A stretch of 63,267 bases of DNA, the filler included, from Octopus bimaculoides (lineage: Eukaryota), in assembly GCF_001194135.2 (NCBI RefSeq). It is 5 parts of 5 records of this genome, joined end to end, with 100 filler letters (N's around TTAATTAATTAA, not from the genome) between each part and the next. Parts side by side here need not be neighbours in the genome. Positions count along the whole stretch, not along the records: positions 30,765 to 40,890 come from NC_068985.1; positions 40,991 to 48,096 come from NC_068981.1; positions 48,197 to 61,633 come from NC_068999.1; 2 more parts are not named here. The stretch is one strand, 5' to 3'. The position numbers were made by a program, and so were the translations under genes. The notes under the pieces were generated by a model, which was given only the letters and a program-made list of their open reading frames with translations, made no database searches and had not been told where the DNA came from. Shown piece after piece: positions 40,565 to 53,805 of this stretch. How positions within the stretch are numbered: the stretch's first letter is position 1; the number at the start of each line of letters is the position of its first letter.

Positions 40565-40870
40565 CCATGGCTCAGTGGTTAGAACGTCGGTCTCGCAATC
40601 ATGAAGTACTGAGTTCGATTCCCAGACCGGGTTGTGTGTTGTGTTCTTGAACAAGACACTTTATTTCACGTTGCTCCAGTTTGCTCAGTTGTAGAAATGA
40701 GTTGCGACGTCACTGGTGTCAAGCTGTTTCCGCCTTTGCTGTATGGCGTGGAGAGATGAGACTGGTATGCATGGGCGATTGCTGGTCTTCCATCAACAAC
40801 CTTGCCTAAACTTGTGCCACGGAGGGGAACTTTACTGGTGTAATCCCATGGTCATTCATGAGTGTGGTGG
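40565..40870 (+). mobile_element. tRNA-derived SINE family B variant
   Basis: atggctcagtggttagaacgtcggtctcgc...gagttcgattcccagaccggg head. Confidence 0.8.
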
Positions 40871-40890
40871 GGGTCTTTACTTATTTTACT

Positions 40891-40990
40891 NNNNNNNNNN
40901 NNNNNNNNNNNNNNNNNNNNNNNNNNNNNNNNNNTTAATTAATTAANNNNNNNNNNNNNNNNNNNNNNNNNNNNNNNNNNNNNNNNNNNN
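40891..40990. other. Artificial scaffold join 44N-TTAATTAATTAA-44N
   Basis: Identical 100-bp structure at four positions. Confidence 0.95.
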
Positions 40991-41028
<38 letters not shown>

Positions 41029-41359
41029 TATGTGTTTGTGCGTGCGTGTGCGTATAATTATTATTTTTTAAGTGAAAGTGACTTCGAAGTGTCTGCCAGT
41101 TAAGCTATCATCGGAGACTTAAAGAGATACTATATATGTCTAGAAATCTCTCATAAACATTAGTTTTCAGTATTGTTATTACTTACATCTCTTATAGAGA
41201 TTTTAAAACTTGCTGCTTTGTTGCAAAATCAGTGGCTGAAGATCGCTTATTTTTCTATATTTTACAAACTAGGACGAACGACAATAGTAAGTTATTTTGT
41301 CATCAATCCCGCACGGATTTTACGAAAGCAAAGCATGTCTTGGAGGATTTTGCATGTAG

Positions 41360-41833
41360 GACCATGACTAACCTGTAGAGGACATGCCATCACATCGATG
41401 GTCACATGTCAGTACGCTAGAATCATCTCTTGACCGTCTTGAATCTTGACATCAGTGGTGGAGGTTGATGGGTATCCTGCACCCACTTCGTGCTTCACGC
41501 TTTTCTGGCCATTTTTAAACTTCTCGATCCACTCATACATACTTTTACCCAATTGAGCGCTGTCCCCGGATTGTGGTGTAAACCTGCGATGATTTTCAGT
41601 CCGTGACGCACCTTCAGACAAGAGAAATAAAATCATTGGTCTCTAATGTTCTTTGGTGCACATTGTCAACAGAGCAACCATCTTTACTCTGTAAGAAAAT
41701 AGGATCGATCAAGGGCAAACCTCGATTATGTAACCAGAAACTGCCATCATTTTGCAGCCAATACTGAAGACAGTACAACCAATCAAAAGAAAGATTTGGC
41801 GAAAGTGCGGATAATGTTTGATTTCTCATCCTA
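41360..41833 (-). mobile_element. Mariner transposon 5' remnant (TIR plus HTH of transposase)
   Basis: Minus-strand ATG at 41681: MVALLTMCTKEH*RPMILFLLSEG...YEWIEKFKNGQKSVKHEVGAGYPSTSTTD. A mariner-like terminal sequence lies at about 41806-41833. Confidence 0.85.
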
Positions 41834-42164
41834 CATTTTAATATCATCGCTAAAGTGTTTTTCTTACATAAATTTTATATATGTGTTCCTGAATAGCCCT
41901 TGTTATCATGGCGTCAGTGAACTAAGGAGAAAAAAAAGGAAGAAAAAACTGAAGTATCATGGTTTATATATTTTATGAAAACATAAAAGTGGACGGAAGA
42001 AGATGGTACGTACGCTTGTTAAAAGCTTATGTACAGGGAAACATAAATAGGGCAAGTGGCCTTGCTGGAGAAGAATTGGTTAGATGTTAAGAGAACGTGG
42101 AAGGGACTAAACCACAAAATAGTCTTTTGTTAAATATAAGGTTATGTAGTAATAATTATTTCTA

Positions 42165-42375
42165 TTCTAGGCATAAGGCCTTGAAAATTTTCGGGGAAAG
42201 AGGCTGGTCGATGACATCGACCACCAACACTTAACTGGTACTTATTTCATCGATGTCGAAAGGATGAAAGGAAAAGTCGGCCTTGGCGGAATTTAAACTT
42301 AGAACGTAGCGGCAGACGAAATACCGCTAAGCATTTCGCCTGGCGTGTTAACAATTCTGCCAGTTCGCCGCCATA
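42165..42375 (-). mobile_element. SINE family A
   Basis: Reverse complement of the SINE A body (ggatgaaaggaaaagtcggccttggcggaattt...gacgaaataccgctaagcatttcgcc). Confidence 0.85.
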
Positions 42376-42555
42376 GATTACGTAATAATAATGAAAGAAC
42401 TACTATTTTATATATTTACTTGATTTTCTTTTTAAATAATGAAATTATTTTTTAAATAGTGAAAATAATGTATTGTGAATGTGTAAATGAAATGAAAAAA
42501 GACCCAGATAAAACATCATACAAACAATCAATGTATCGACGGATAATTTTCATAT

Positions 42556-43155
42556 AGGTGCAGGCGCGGCTCCATAGCAAGAAGCTTGCTTCTCAACCAC
42601 ATAGTTCCGAGTTCAGTCCCACTACGTGGCGCCTTGGGCAGGTGTTTTCTACTATAGGCTCAGGCCAACCAAAGCCTTGTGAGTGGATTTGGTAGAGGGA
42701 AACTGGAAGAAGCCCGTCGTATATATATACATTCGCCATGATAGATCGCTAACCTCTACACACATTTTTTTCGCTGCTTGTTTCTTTCTGTGTTACTTTC
42801 TGTGGAAGAGCGTAGGTTTGAAACGTTAAAGACTTTTTCAATTCCCGAGCGTTATACTAATACATCTATTTGTTTTCTACACCACCTGTCTTTGTCTTTT
42901 GTGTTTTTTATGAATTCTCCCTATATATATATATGTATATGTTGCGTATGTGTCTGTGTTTATCCCCTCACCGTCGCTTGACAACCGATGCTGGTGTGTT
43001 TACGTCCCTGTAACTTAGCGGTTCGGCAAAAGTAACCGATAGAATAAGTACTAGGCTTACAAAGAACAAGTCCTGGGGTTGGTTTCTTTGACTAACACCA
43101 TTTAAGGCGGTGCTCCAGCATGGCTGCAGTGATGTGACTGAAACAAATAAAAGAA
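42556..43155 (+). mobile_element. SINE family C with internal microsatellite and nested repeat
   Basis: Head gcaagaagcttgcttctcaaccacatagttccgagttcagtccc, then gaagcccgtcgtatat, and tail aacttagcggttcggcaaaag...ccagcatggctgcagtg. Confidence 0.9.
42731..42925 (+). repeat. ~200-bp interspersed repeat (copy 1) with hammerhead-like fold, nested in a SINE's (TA)n
   Basis: Clearly homologous to ~59760-59950 (gaagagcgtag..gaaacgt.aaagactt...attcccgagcgt.atactaatacatc...tacaccacctgtc). Confidence 0.75.
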
Positions 43156-44492
43156 TATATGTGTGTGTGCATGTGCCCACGCGTGTATTTGAAGCTGTAT
43201 TTAAATATAAAGAGGAATTAAAAGTAATGATAATGCCACTACGTATCGTACGGTAGTTGCAACGTCGGGCTCACAATCATAAGGTAGTGAGTTCGGTTCC
43301 AAGACCGGGCTGAATGTCTGTGTTCTTGAGCGAGACATTTTCTTTCACGTTTCTCTAAAACTGACATTGCCATAAAGAAAAGGAGACGCTTATTGTGTGA
43401 AGGTAAGAGAACAGGAGCAGCACGTGTTTCTATCTCCTTCGGCATCATCAGCACGACAACTCTCCGACCTTCTATCTAACAGCCAAAGGATTTAGTTTTG
43501 TACAAAATGAACAGAACACTTTAATGGCCCAATCTTAGTTAATACCACTAAATTATATAAAAATAAATTAAAAGAAATCCCTTAGAGTAGCCAATAGACT
43601 GTGTATGAACAACATAGACAAATACAGGAGTATCAAATAGCATAAAAGTTCTTGATTTTATTCAAATTATCTCCACTTCAAGAGCATGTATCACAATTCC
43701 CAAATTGCAATTGAGATCACTGGTATACATACGTACACACACACATAAGCTAAACTGATGTATATATATATATATATATATATACATGTTAAATACGAAC
43801 ACAAATATATAAATACAGATAAAATAATATGTCAATATATCTACATGTATATATAAATATGTGTGTGAGTGTGTGCATGTGTATATGTGAATATCATAAA
43901 TGGGTATGTGTATGTAAGTACCTATAAGTCTGATTAGCTGCGGTTGGCTTTAAAAAACAGATGAAATAGTACGCAATACGTAAGCATAGCGTATATAATA
44001 AATTTATAATTAAGAATACTTGAATTCACTCAGAGGGAGTATGGCGTTTCGTGTCATGCCACTTGTCAAACAAATATCTTGGCACGAAACTCTGCGCTCT
44101 TGAGCAGTTCTTATCATATAAATATATATATATATATATATACATATATGAGTATGTGTATGTATGTTTATATATATATATATATATATGTATATGTGTG
44201 TATGTATGTAATCATATCTATTGTATGCATGTGGGTAGGTAGATAGGTATGTACGTGTGTACATCTATGTGTGTGTTCGTGTGTAGTTTTATGTGATACA
44301 TGATCCAAATAGGATGGATTAGATATCTAAACACTTCGCGATAATATGGTTCTTAAGACGTATGTCATAATTGTTTTGACGTCCAGAAGTACTTATACAT
44401 ACACACACATATATATATATATATACTGTACGCATTCATGTATATATATATATATGCGTACATACATATATATGCATACATATATATACATA

Positions 44493-44558
<66 letters not shown>

Positions 44559-44742
44559 AAATTACCTTTAAATGTATGTGTGTGTATGTGTGCGGTTCTG
44601 AGTTTGTGCTTGAGTAGGTGCGTCTAAATGCATTCATACGACAGAAGCCATGCGCATTTCTAATGAAGTACTTCGGTACTTCTTCAAGTAAGAGGTAACT
44701 TTTTGCATTCGAACATAGATTACACGTATGGCATATATATAC

Positions 44743-44775
<33 letters not shown>

Positions 44776-44824
44776 CACATATATACACACATATATATAT
44801 ATACATATATATATACACACACAC

Positions 44825-44861
<37 letters not shown>

Positions 44862-45118
44862 CNNNNNNNNNNNNNNNNNNNNNNNNNNNNNNNNNNNNNN
44901 NNNNNNNNNNNNNNNNNNNNNNNNNNNNNNNNNNNNNNNNNNNNNNNNNNNNNNNNNNNNNNNNNNNNNNNNNNNNNNNNNNNNNNNNNNNNNNNNNNNN
45001 NNNNNNNNNNNNNNNNNNNNNNNNNNNNNNNNNNNNNNNNNNNNNNNNNNNNNNNNNNNNNNNNNNNNNNNNNNNNNNNNNNNNNNNNNNNNNNNNNNNN
45101 NNNNNNNNNNNNNNNNNN

Positions 45119-45186
<68 letters not shown>

Positions 45187-45769
45187 CATTGTACGTACTT
45201 GCACACATCTATGCATTGCAAATAATCAGATACGTTAACAGTTCTTTAAACTCGTGTAAATCGCGTGTTCAGCGAATTACCTGCATATGCAGGCAAGGCG
45301 TAGAACCAATCACGACTTCTGTAAAGACCGTCCTGGCCGAAGGACTAAAGTACGGCGCGGGGACTGGATGAAAAAGTCGTATAGGTAAGTCGTAACATAG
45401 CAAAATAGTAAGCAATGTTCCTGAGTATAGAGAGGTAAAAGCGATATTATCATTGCAGTATGGTCAGGAACGTAATTGTACAACCGGTGTACAATCAACG
45501 GTTATTTTCTTTTTCTGAACGAAGGAAAAAGACAAAAAATGCGATGTGACCAGACTGTCAGTTTGTCAGGGAGAATATTTATGTGTGTGTTCACAAAACG
45601 CTAACTGGAGTGTGAGCTTAACTTTGATCTTTGTAGATAAATTAAATAAATATTTTGTTAAATAAAGAATTAGATGAATAAAAGATAAACAGAAAATAGA
45701 AAAACCAAAAGGAAAAAAAAAACGGGTAGGGATGCCATTAATTAAGTTCGGGAAGTCTATAAAATACAG

Positions 45770-45990
45770 TGGAGGTGCAATGGCCCAGTGGTTAGGGTAG
45801 CGAACTCGCGGTCGTGGGATCACGGGGTTTCGATTCCCAGACCGGGCGTTGTGAGTGTTTATTGAGCGAAAACACATAAGAGCTCCACGAGGCTCTGGCA
45901 GCGGGTGGTGGCGAACCTTGCTGAACTCTTTCACCACAGCTTTCTCTCACTCTTACTTCCTGTATTCCAAAGGGCCATCCTTATCACACA
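45770..45990 (+). mobile_element. tRNA-derived SINE family B, 3' truncated
   Basis: Close match to 2774-2990. Confidence 0.9.
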
Positions 45991-46630
45991 TGGACACACC
46001 AACGCATGCTGGTTTGTCAAAGAGGGGTTGGCAACAAACAAACATGTGTGTGTGTGTGTACATTGTATGTACTTACTTACAAATATATATATATACATAT
46101 ATGTATATATACACATATATATATATATATATTTACTCGTCTCAGCCATGCAGCTGAAGTCATACTGGAGCAGCATATATATATTTACATTGTTAAATAA
46201 ATAAAAAACATTGGTAGATACATCGATCGATCGATAGATAGATAGTTTGATACGTAGATCGATAGCTAGATAGTTAGATAGCTAGCAAGATAACTAGATG
46301 GATAAATAGATAGGTAGTTAGATAGCTAGCTAGGTAGATAAATAGACAGACAGATAAAGAAATGAATAGCTAGACAGACGGATAGACAGATAGATAGATG
46401 GATAAATAGGTAGGTAGTACTGCGTGACGACAACAATGAAGCTGAAATTTTTAAACCACTATAAACGTTATCAGTGTAAAAATAAAATATTATTTTCTTG
46501 AAAATTATTTAATTATACGACACATTAAAGTTTAAATGCATTCTTGTGTATATATCAGTAAACATAAATATCTACGTGTGTGTCTATAGATATGTATGTA
46601 TTCATACATACATATATACATATATATATG

Positions 46631-46669
<39 letters not shown>

Positions 46670-47595
46670 NNNNNNNNNNNNNNNNNNNNNNNNNNNNNNN
46701 NNNNNNNNNNNNNNNNNNNNNNNNNNNNNNNNNNNNNNNNNNNNNNNNNNNNNNNNNNNNNNNNNNNNNNNNNNNNNNNNNNNNNNNNNNNNNNNNNNNN
46801 NNNNNNNNNNNNNNNNNNNNNNNNNNNNNNNNNNNNNNNNNNNNNNNNNNNNNNNNNNNNNNNNNNNNNNNNNNNNNNNNNNNNNNNNNNNNNNNNNNNN
46901 NNNNNNNNNNNNNNNNNNNNNNNNNNNNNNNNNNNNNNNNNNNNNNNNNNNNNNNNNNNNNNNNNNNNNNNNNNNNNNNNNNNNNNNNNNNNNNNNNNNN
47001 NNNNNNNNNNNNNNNNNNNNNNNNNNNNNNNNNNNNNNNNNNNNNNNNNNNNNNNNNNNNNNNNNNNNNNNNNNNNNNNNNNNNNNNNNNNNNNNNNNNN
47101 NNNNNNNNNNNNNNNNNNNNNNNNNNNNNNNNNNNNNNNNNNNNNNNNNNNNNNNNNNNNNNNNNNNNNNNNNNNNNNNNNNNNNNNNNNNNNNNNNNNN
47201 NNNNNNNNNNNNNNNNNNNNNNNNNNNNNNNNNNNNNNNNNNNNNNNNNNNNNNNNNNNNNNNNNNNNNNNNNNNNNNNNNNNNNNNNNNNNNNNNNNNN
47301 NNNNNNNNNNNNNNNNNNNNNNNNNNNNNNNNNNNNNNNNNNNNNNNNNNNNNNNNNNNNNNNNNNNNNNNNNNNNNNNNNNNNNNNNNNNNNNNNNNNN
47401 NNNNNNNNNNNNNNNNNNNNNNNNNNNNNNNNNNNNNNNNNNNNNNNNNNNNNNNNNNNNNNNNNNNNNNNNNNNNNNNNNNNNNNNNNNNNNNNNNNNN
47501 NNNNNNNNNNNNNNNNNNNNNNNNNNNNNNNNNNNNNNNNNNNNNNNNNNNNNNNNNNNNNNNNNNNNNNNNNNNNNNNNNNNNNNNNNNNNNNN

Positions 47596-47638
<43 letters not shown>

Positions 47639-48045
47639 CAGACATACAGACAGAGAGAGAGACAGACAAAAAGAGAGAAATACTTACATAGCTACATACT
47701 TACATTCATGCATATACATATACATACATACATACACAGATACATACATATATACATTCATACACACACACTCACATGCACACACATACATACACACACA
47801 CAAACATAATACATACACACATACACACATACATGCGTACACACATAAATGCATCTATACATACATACATTTATTCTGATAGAGCGATAGCTACTGCACT
47901 GGATGCAATAACAATATGTAAAACAGGTCTCATAAAATATTCACTAAACAAATGCTTGCTCTTAACCAGAACAACACACACACACACGTTTACATGTACA
48001 TATTATATATGTGTGTATATGTGTATATATATATGTATATGTATG

Positions 48046-48096
<51 letters not shown>

Positions 48097-48196
48097 NNNN
48101 NNNNNNNNNNNNNNNNNNNNNNNNNNNNNNNNNNNNNNNNTTAATTAATTAANNNNNNNNNNNNNNNNNNNNNNNNNNNNNNNNNNNNNNNNNNNN
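48097..48196. other. Artificial scaffold join 44N-TTAATTAATTAA-44N
   Basis: Identical 100-bp structure at four positions. Confidence 0.95.
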
Positions 48197-48930
48197 TTAT
48201 ATATATATATATATATATGCATGTATGTTCGTACGTACGTGTGCATGCATGTATTTATGTATGTATGTATGTTTGCATGTATGTATGTATGTTTGTATGT
48301 ATGTATGTATGAAAGTATTTAGGTATGTATGTGAGTATGTTTCCTGTGAGTGAGACCTAAAAAAGAGTGATTTTTTATGGCAGCATCTACAATTACTAGA
48401 AATAACCCAATCGAGATAGTACAGAGCCATCCAGAAAGAGAATAGCTTCACTAAACGTGCTGATACAACCAATAACAAATGCCACGTTTAACAACATCGT
48501 ATCAATGTTCATGGATGGGCGATTACTTCAGTGAACTGTGTATAACAGATTCGTGTTTGAAAAGATACCATTGTACATATATCTTCTCTTTAAATTAGTG
48601 TAACTATTTATTACTTATACCAGCAAAGTAAGGCAGTGAGGTGGCTGTATCACCAGCACGGCGGACATTTGTGTTTACTAATTTTTCTTCCGTCTCTATA
48701 TGTCCTGAGTTCTAATCCTTTCGATGTCAAATTTTCCTTTCATCCTCTTCTGCGTTGATAAATTAAAGTACCAGTCAAATACTAAGCTCGAACAATCGCT
48801 TTGTCCTCTCCCGTAAAAGTTTTAGGCCTGAAAACTTGCAACAAACCAGCGTTTCGTCAGGCGACTGTGTTTTGCTCTTGGTTACTTACAAGTTACAGAA
48901 ACCGGGTTACATATTTTATTAATCATAGAG

Positions 48931-48948
48931 ATGAAGGAAAAATTACAG
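48931..48948 (+). CDS. Candidate 18-nt phase 1-1 micro-exon
   Basis: Consensus donor CAG/GTAAGT at 48949 but a weak acceptor (ttttattaatcatagag). Encodes (D)EGKIT in phase 1. Lies on a different scaffold block from the SRCR exons. Confidence 0.25.
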
Positions 48949-49373
48949 GTAAGTGACTGACATAGCTGATTAACCAAGGACCTTCTCAGTTCAACTTTGA
49001 CCATGCAATGGTAGATTTATGCGAAGGCTTAGTCACGTTTATTTTTTTCTTTTCTGTCGGTTGCTGCTGCATACAATGCCACCTTATACACGTCACAGGA
49101 GTTTTATCCAATGGAAAATTCGCCAATGTCGTCACAACCGTTGCTTTCAGTATGTAATGTGTTAGCTCAGATATCGCAAAACAAATCTGTTATACGAGTC
49201 AATGCAGTCGCCTGTATATTGCCACTTCAATAATTAGTCTTGAAGTTACACGGAAATAAATCCCTGTGTAGGAATAACCAGAACCCTTTATGTCTTAATA
49301 TTCCTGTCATCGATTTGTGTGTAATTAGTCGTTTGCAATAAAACCTTATTTATTTATTTATTTATTGCATATA

Positions 49374-49417
49374 CAGGGTGCGGCATGAAAACGTGGCTCG
49401 GTTTCTGCAGCATACTG
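49374..49417. mobile_element. 44-bp Tc1/mariner-type mini-MITE
   Basis: TA/CAGGGTGCGGCATGAAA...TTTCTGCAGCATACTG/TA, with imperfect TIRs and TA on both sides. Confidence 0.55.
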
Positions 49418-51027
49418 TATATACACAAATAAATTTACACACACACGAGAAAGCACCCAGCCTTTCGTTTGTAAGAGACATCTACTGCTTTTTGTTGAAA
49501 GCATTTCTTGGAGAAATGAGCGTATTTCAGTATTTTTTGAAAAGAATATAAGCAGTAAAAATGTATTTGAACCTGTGTAGAACGGTTCTTGAATAAATTG
49601 GTATGAGTGTGTGTGTGGTGTGTGTGTGGGGGTTCGTATAGCAATTGTGTAATTTACCTTGCAACAATATTTAAGAACTATAAATGATATGAATTTATTT
49701 ATGTTATTAGTAATAATTCAGTAAGCACCAAATAAACAATAAATACTCCGATGCGTGTAAGCAGCTATGTGCACATACGAAACAGGTAGTGGTGAGAGAC
49801 AAAAATAACATCACTGAAGTTGGATAAACAACGCTTTATGACATTTCGAATGGCCTTAGATTCGTCAATGAGCTCGTTTCGACGGAGATCTATTGGGGAA
49901 TCACATTATACACGACCAAATAAACGAATGATTATTCCGTAATTCCGTAAGTATGGTAATAACATTCACACAAATAAAAAAAGATTTTGTATATAAAATC
50001 TCTTTATTTCACTTCACATTTTGAAAAAAAAAAAATCAATAGAAGGGCAAGACAGCAAATAACGACCTCATAAAAAAATATCGTAGAATATAAATACGTT
50101 TAGATTGCCGTTTCTTTAATAATAAATGTCGGATGTCAAGATGTCGAACCGAAGCATGAAATCATGAAAAGTGTATATTCAATGTTAAAGGCAGCAATAA
50201 AGTTTCTAATGGATGTACAACGCCATAGTATTGAAGATGTATGTGTCTGAGACACAGCAAATAAGAAAATAGAAAAAAAAAATCTTTAAAACTACAAATT
50301 CAAGCTAATATAAAATACAATAAGTAATCTTTAGAAAGCGATATATTCCAACCATAGTTCAAGAACTTATATAAGGAAATCTCGAAGCAATCATTTGCGG
50401 TACAACAAACCGTCTCCAACTACATATCCACGAAATAACATATTCACTAGAAAATTATTTAAAGAAAAACTTATGTATATATAGGATGGTGTAGTCCTAG
50501 ATAGACATTTCTTTAGATTTTTCTATTATTCTTTTACTTGTTTCAATCATTGGGCTGCGACCATGCTAGGTTGCCGCATTGAGAGTTTTAGTCGCTCGAA
50601 TGAAATTCAATAATTATTTCGAAAAATAATGCGTATGCTATCGGTCTCTTTGGCGAAATCGGTAATAATATGAAACAGTAAACACTACCACAAATCCAAA
50701 ATCCGCACGGATATGTGCACATATATATACAGTTATGCATGTATGTATGTATGTATGTATGTATGTATGTATGTATGTATGTATGTATGCATGTATGTAT
50801 GCATGTATGAATGTATGTATGTTGTACATATGTATATATATATATATATATATATANNNNNNNNNNNNNNNNNNNNNNNNNNNNNNNNNNNNNNNNNNNN
50901 NNNNNNNNNNNNNNNNNNNNNNNNNNNNNNNNNNNNNNNNNNNNNNNNNNNNNNNNNNNNNNNNNNNNNNNNNNNNNNNNNNNNNNNNNNNNNNNNNNNN
51001 NNNNNNNNNNNNNNNNNNNNNNNNNNN

Positions 51028-51255
51028 GTAGACGGAAACTGAAAGAAGCCCGTCGTATATATGTATATATATATGTATGTGTGTGTATATGTTTGTGTGT
51101 CTGCATTTGTTCCCCGTGACTTAGCGGTTCGGCAAAAGAGACCGATAGAATAAGTACTAGGCTTGCAAAGAATAGGTCCTGGAGTTGATTTCCACGACTA
51201 AAGGCGGTGCTCTAGCATGGCCGCAGTCAAATGACTGAAAAAAGTAAAAGAGTAA
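51028..51255 (+). mobile_element. SINE family C 3' part
   Basis: gtagacggaaactgaaagaagcccgtcg...gacttagcggttcggcaaaagagaccgatagaataagtactaggc. Confidence 0.9.
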
Positions 51256-51260
51256 AAGAG

Positions 51261-51300
<40 letters not shown>

Positions 51301-51349
51301 GCAACGATTTTTATAAAAACAACGCATACATTCTAAAATGCACACATCT

Positions 51350-51955
51350 GAGTCAGTCGCAGGTCAACCAAAATGCGGAAATATGCCGAAATTAGGTGCC
51401 AGCCCCTCTAGAGTTTTCCATATGTAGATTATTGCATGTCTCTCAGGCCTTCACTCCAGAAAGTAAAATTGCAGCTTCCGCAGCTAATCCATGTAGCTCA
51501 TCCGCTGCACTGTTTGAATCATTTTAGTGTGGTGGTGTAGGATTGCCTCAAGCTCCGCTATTAGTTTGGCACTATGAGGTAACCATAACTGGGAACAGCA
51601 ATCCAAGCGGCTGAGAAAAAAGGTTTTACACAGGGTCAGTTTCTTGGCCTCTTGTCTTGGAGGACCTCAGTATCCATCCTGCCATTTGTCTGCACTTTGC
51701 TACCATCTTCGTAATGTGTATATAAAATGATACATCATTGAACATATTGATCCCCAAGTCTCTCACTGCCTATGACACTGGGATTGTAGTACCTTCGGGT
51801 CCTGTATATGCAGGCTGTAGTGCATTCGTGAGTTGGTAGCGCAGTGCTTGAAATTTTCCAACATTAAACTGTATGTTATTTATTTCGGCCCACTTGTATA
51901 TTGAACTCAGGTCCTGCTGTAAGCTTGCGACATCATCTTGTTTATTTTAGTACTT
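51350..51955 (-). mobile_element. Decayed CR1-clade LINE RT C-terminus
   Basis: Minus strand: DDVASLQQDLSSIYKWAEINNIQFNVGKFQ...VRDLGINM...HITKMVAKCRQMAGWILRSSKTR. Confidence 0.85.
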
Positions 51956-53343
51956 GTGATAATTTATATATATGTATGTATGTACACACACACACACATT
52001 AATGTTTGGTTTTGTATCAAGTTATATTACATAACAATTTGGTATTAAACAGAAGGATAACTGAATTCTTTCTTGCGGAGTAAATATTTTAGAAAACTTT
52101 TATATTTTAACACACGTTATATATATATATATATATATNNNNNNNNNNNNNNNNNNNNNNNNNNNNNNNNNNNNNNNNNNNNNNNNNNNNNNNNNNNNNN
52201 NNNNNNNNNNNNNNNNNNNNNNNNNNNNNNNNNNNNNNNNNNNNNNNNNNNNNNNNNNTATATATATTCTGTAATGCGTTTGTGCACAATAATACGTTGG
52301 TACATATCCACGAATACGTACGTGTTTTGATATTATCATGTGCTTACGTGAGTGTAATAAAAGTAACGGTTACATAATACAGCCGAGGCAACAAAATGGG
52401 TGTCCGAACGACGCGCTATACAATACAAAATCAATTAGAGATACTACGAAGAATGATCATTTATATAAAACATAAAGCGATCTGAAGAAATCTTATTGGT
52501 ATCACAGACATACCAAACATTATGTTTAATCATAATTGATTTATTATTGTCATCAGAGTCGTTAAAACATAAACAACGCCGTCTTTTGTTATTGATATCA
52601 TTGTCTCAATCAATATATTTGTAAAGCTTGTAATAAAGAAGTTTTATAATCGAGACGTAAAACAACATCGCTTAGAACACGTGGTATTGATTAAAGTGAT
52701 AAAAAAAAATAACACAAATAACGTATCACAGAGCATTAGTATATTAATATCACCATAAATATTATAAAAGTATGAAAAAGTTGCACAATGGACGGAAAAG
52801 AATCTCTATAAATTTCAGTGCTAAAGTTTAAACATATCAACATGAGTTTACACATAAAATATACAAAGAATTTTATACTATATTTTATACTATGAAACTA
52901 TGGAACTGAACGTTTGCATGAAAGTTATATTTGCACGGATATAAGTTTATTGAACAATATAATGTTTTATAAAATGCTGCAGCACTTTGGATTGTGTCTT
53001 TTACTGTAGTTCCAGGCTGAGGTGTCTTGGCATCACTGCTCCTGGGCAAATCGGTACACTAGGGAATACATTATTATTTACTGACGGCAGCCCTTCAATA
53101 AATGGTCAGCGTGTCCAGGGAATAAAACTGCCCTGTTTTCAGGCCGATCAATGTTAAATGAATGAAGATTAGAAAAAAATGAACAGCTGGTAAGGGTGTG
53201 TTTATTCTCTGTGACAGCGGCTCGCAAGTATGGCAAATACAATGAATTCCAGATATTAAATAAGTACTCGTTGATTTCATCAGCTAAAATTTGTTACACA
53301 AGCATTCCAGTGATGAAATCATAAGAGAATGTATGTATGGATG

Positions 53344-53377
<34 letters not shown>

Positions 53378-53482
53378 TTTATACATATAGTGCATTTAAA
53401 ATATACATGTATGCATCCTCATACACAAGCTAACGCTTATATACACACCGACTTGCACACGGAGACACATTCACACACACAA

Positions 53483-53513
<31 letters not shown>

Positions 53514-53805
53514 CAAATATTTGTAAATGTATGTGTGTATGTGTGTGTGCGCGTGTGTGTGTTTTCAAATCGCAGTACGGGTGTTCAGTTCCATATCGCT
53601 ATCTTATTTTCTTATTCTTGTTTTCGTATGTCGAGTACGGTTTACTTTTCAAGAAAGCTTATTTCCACTGAACGTATTTCTCTCTTCCCAGCTAAAAAAA
53701 ACAAAAAACAAAAAAATCTAACGTATTCTAATATTACACATACTTCGTAGACGCAATCGTTTTTTAGTAATATCTTTTCTTCTTGTATTTTCTGGTGTCT
53801 TGCAG

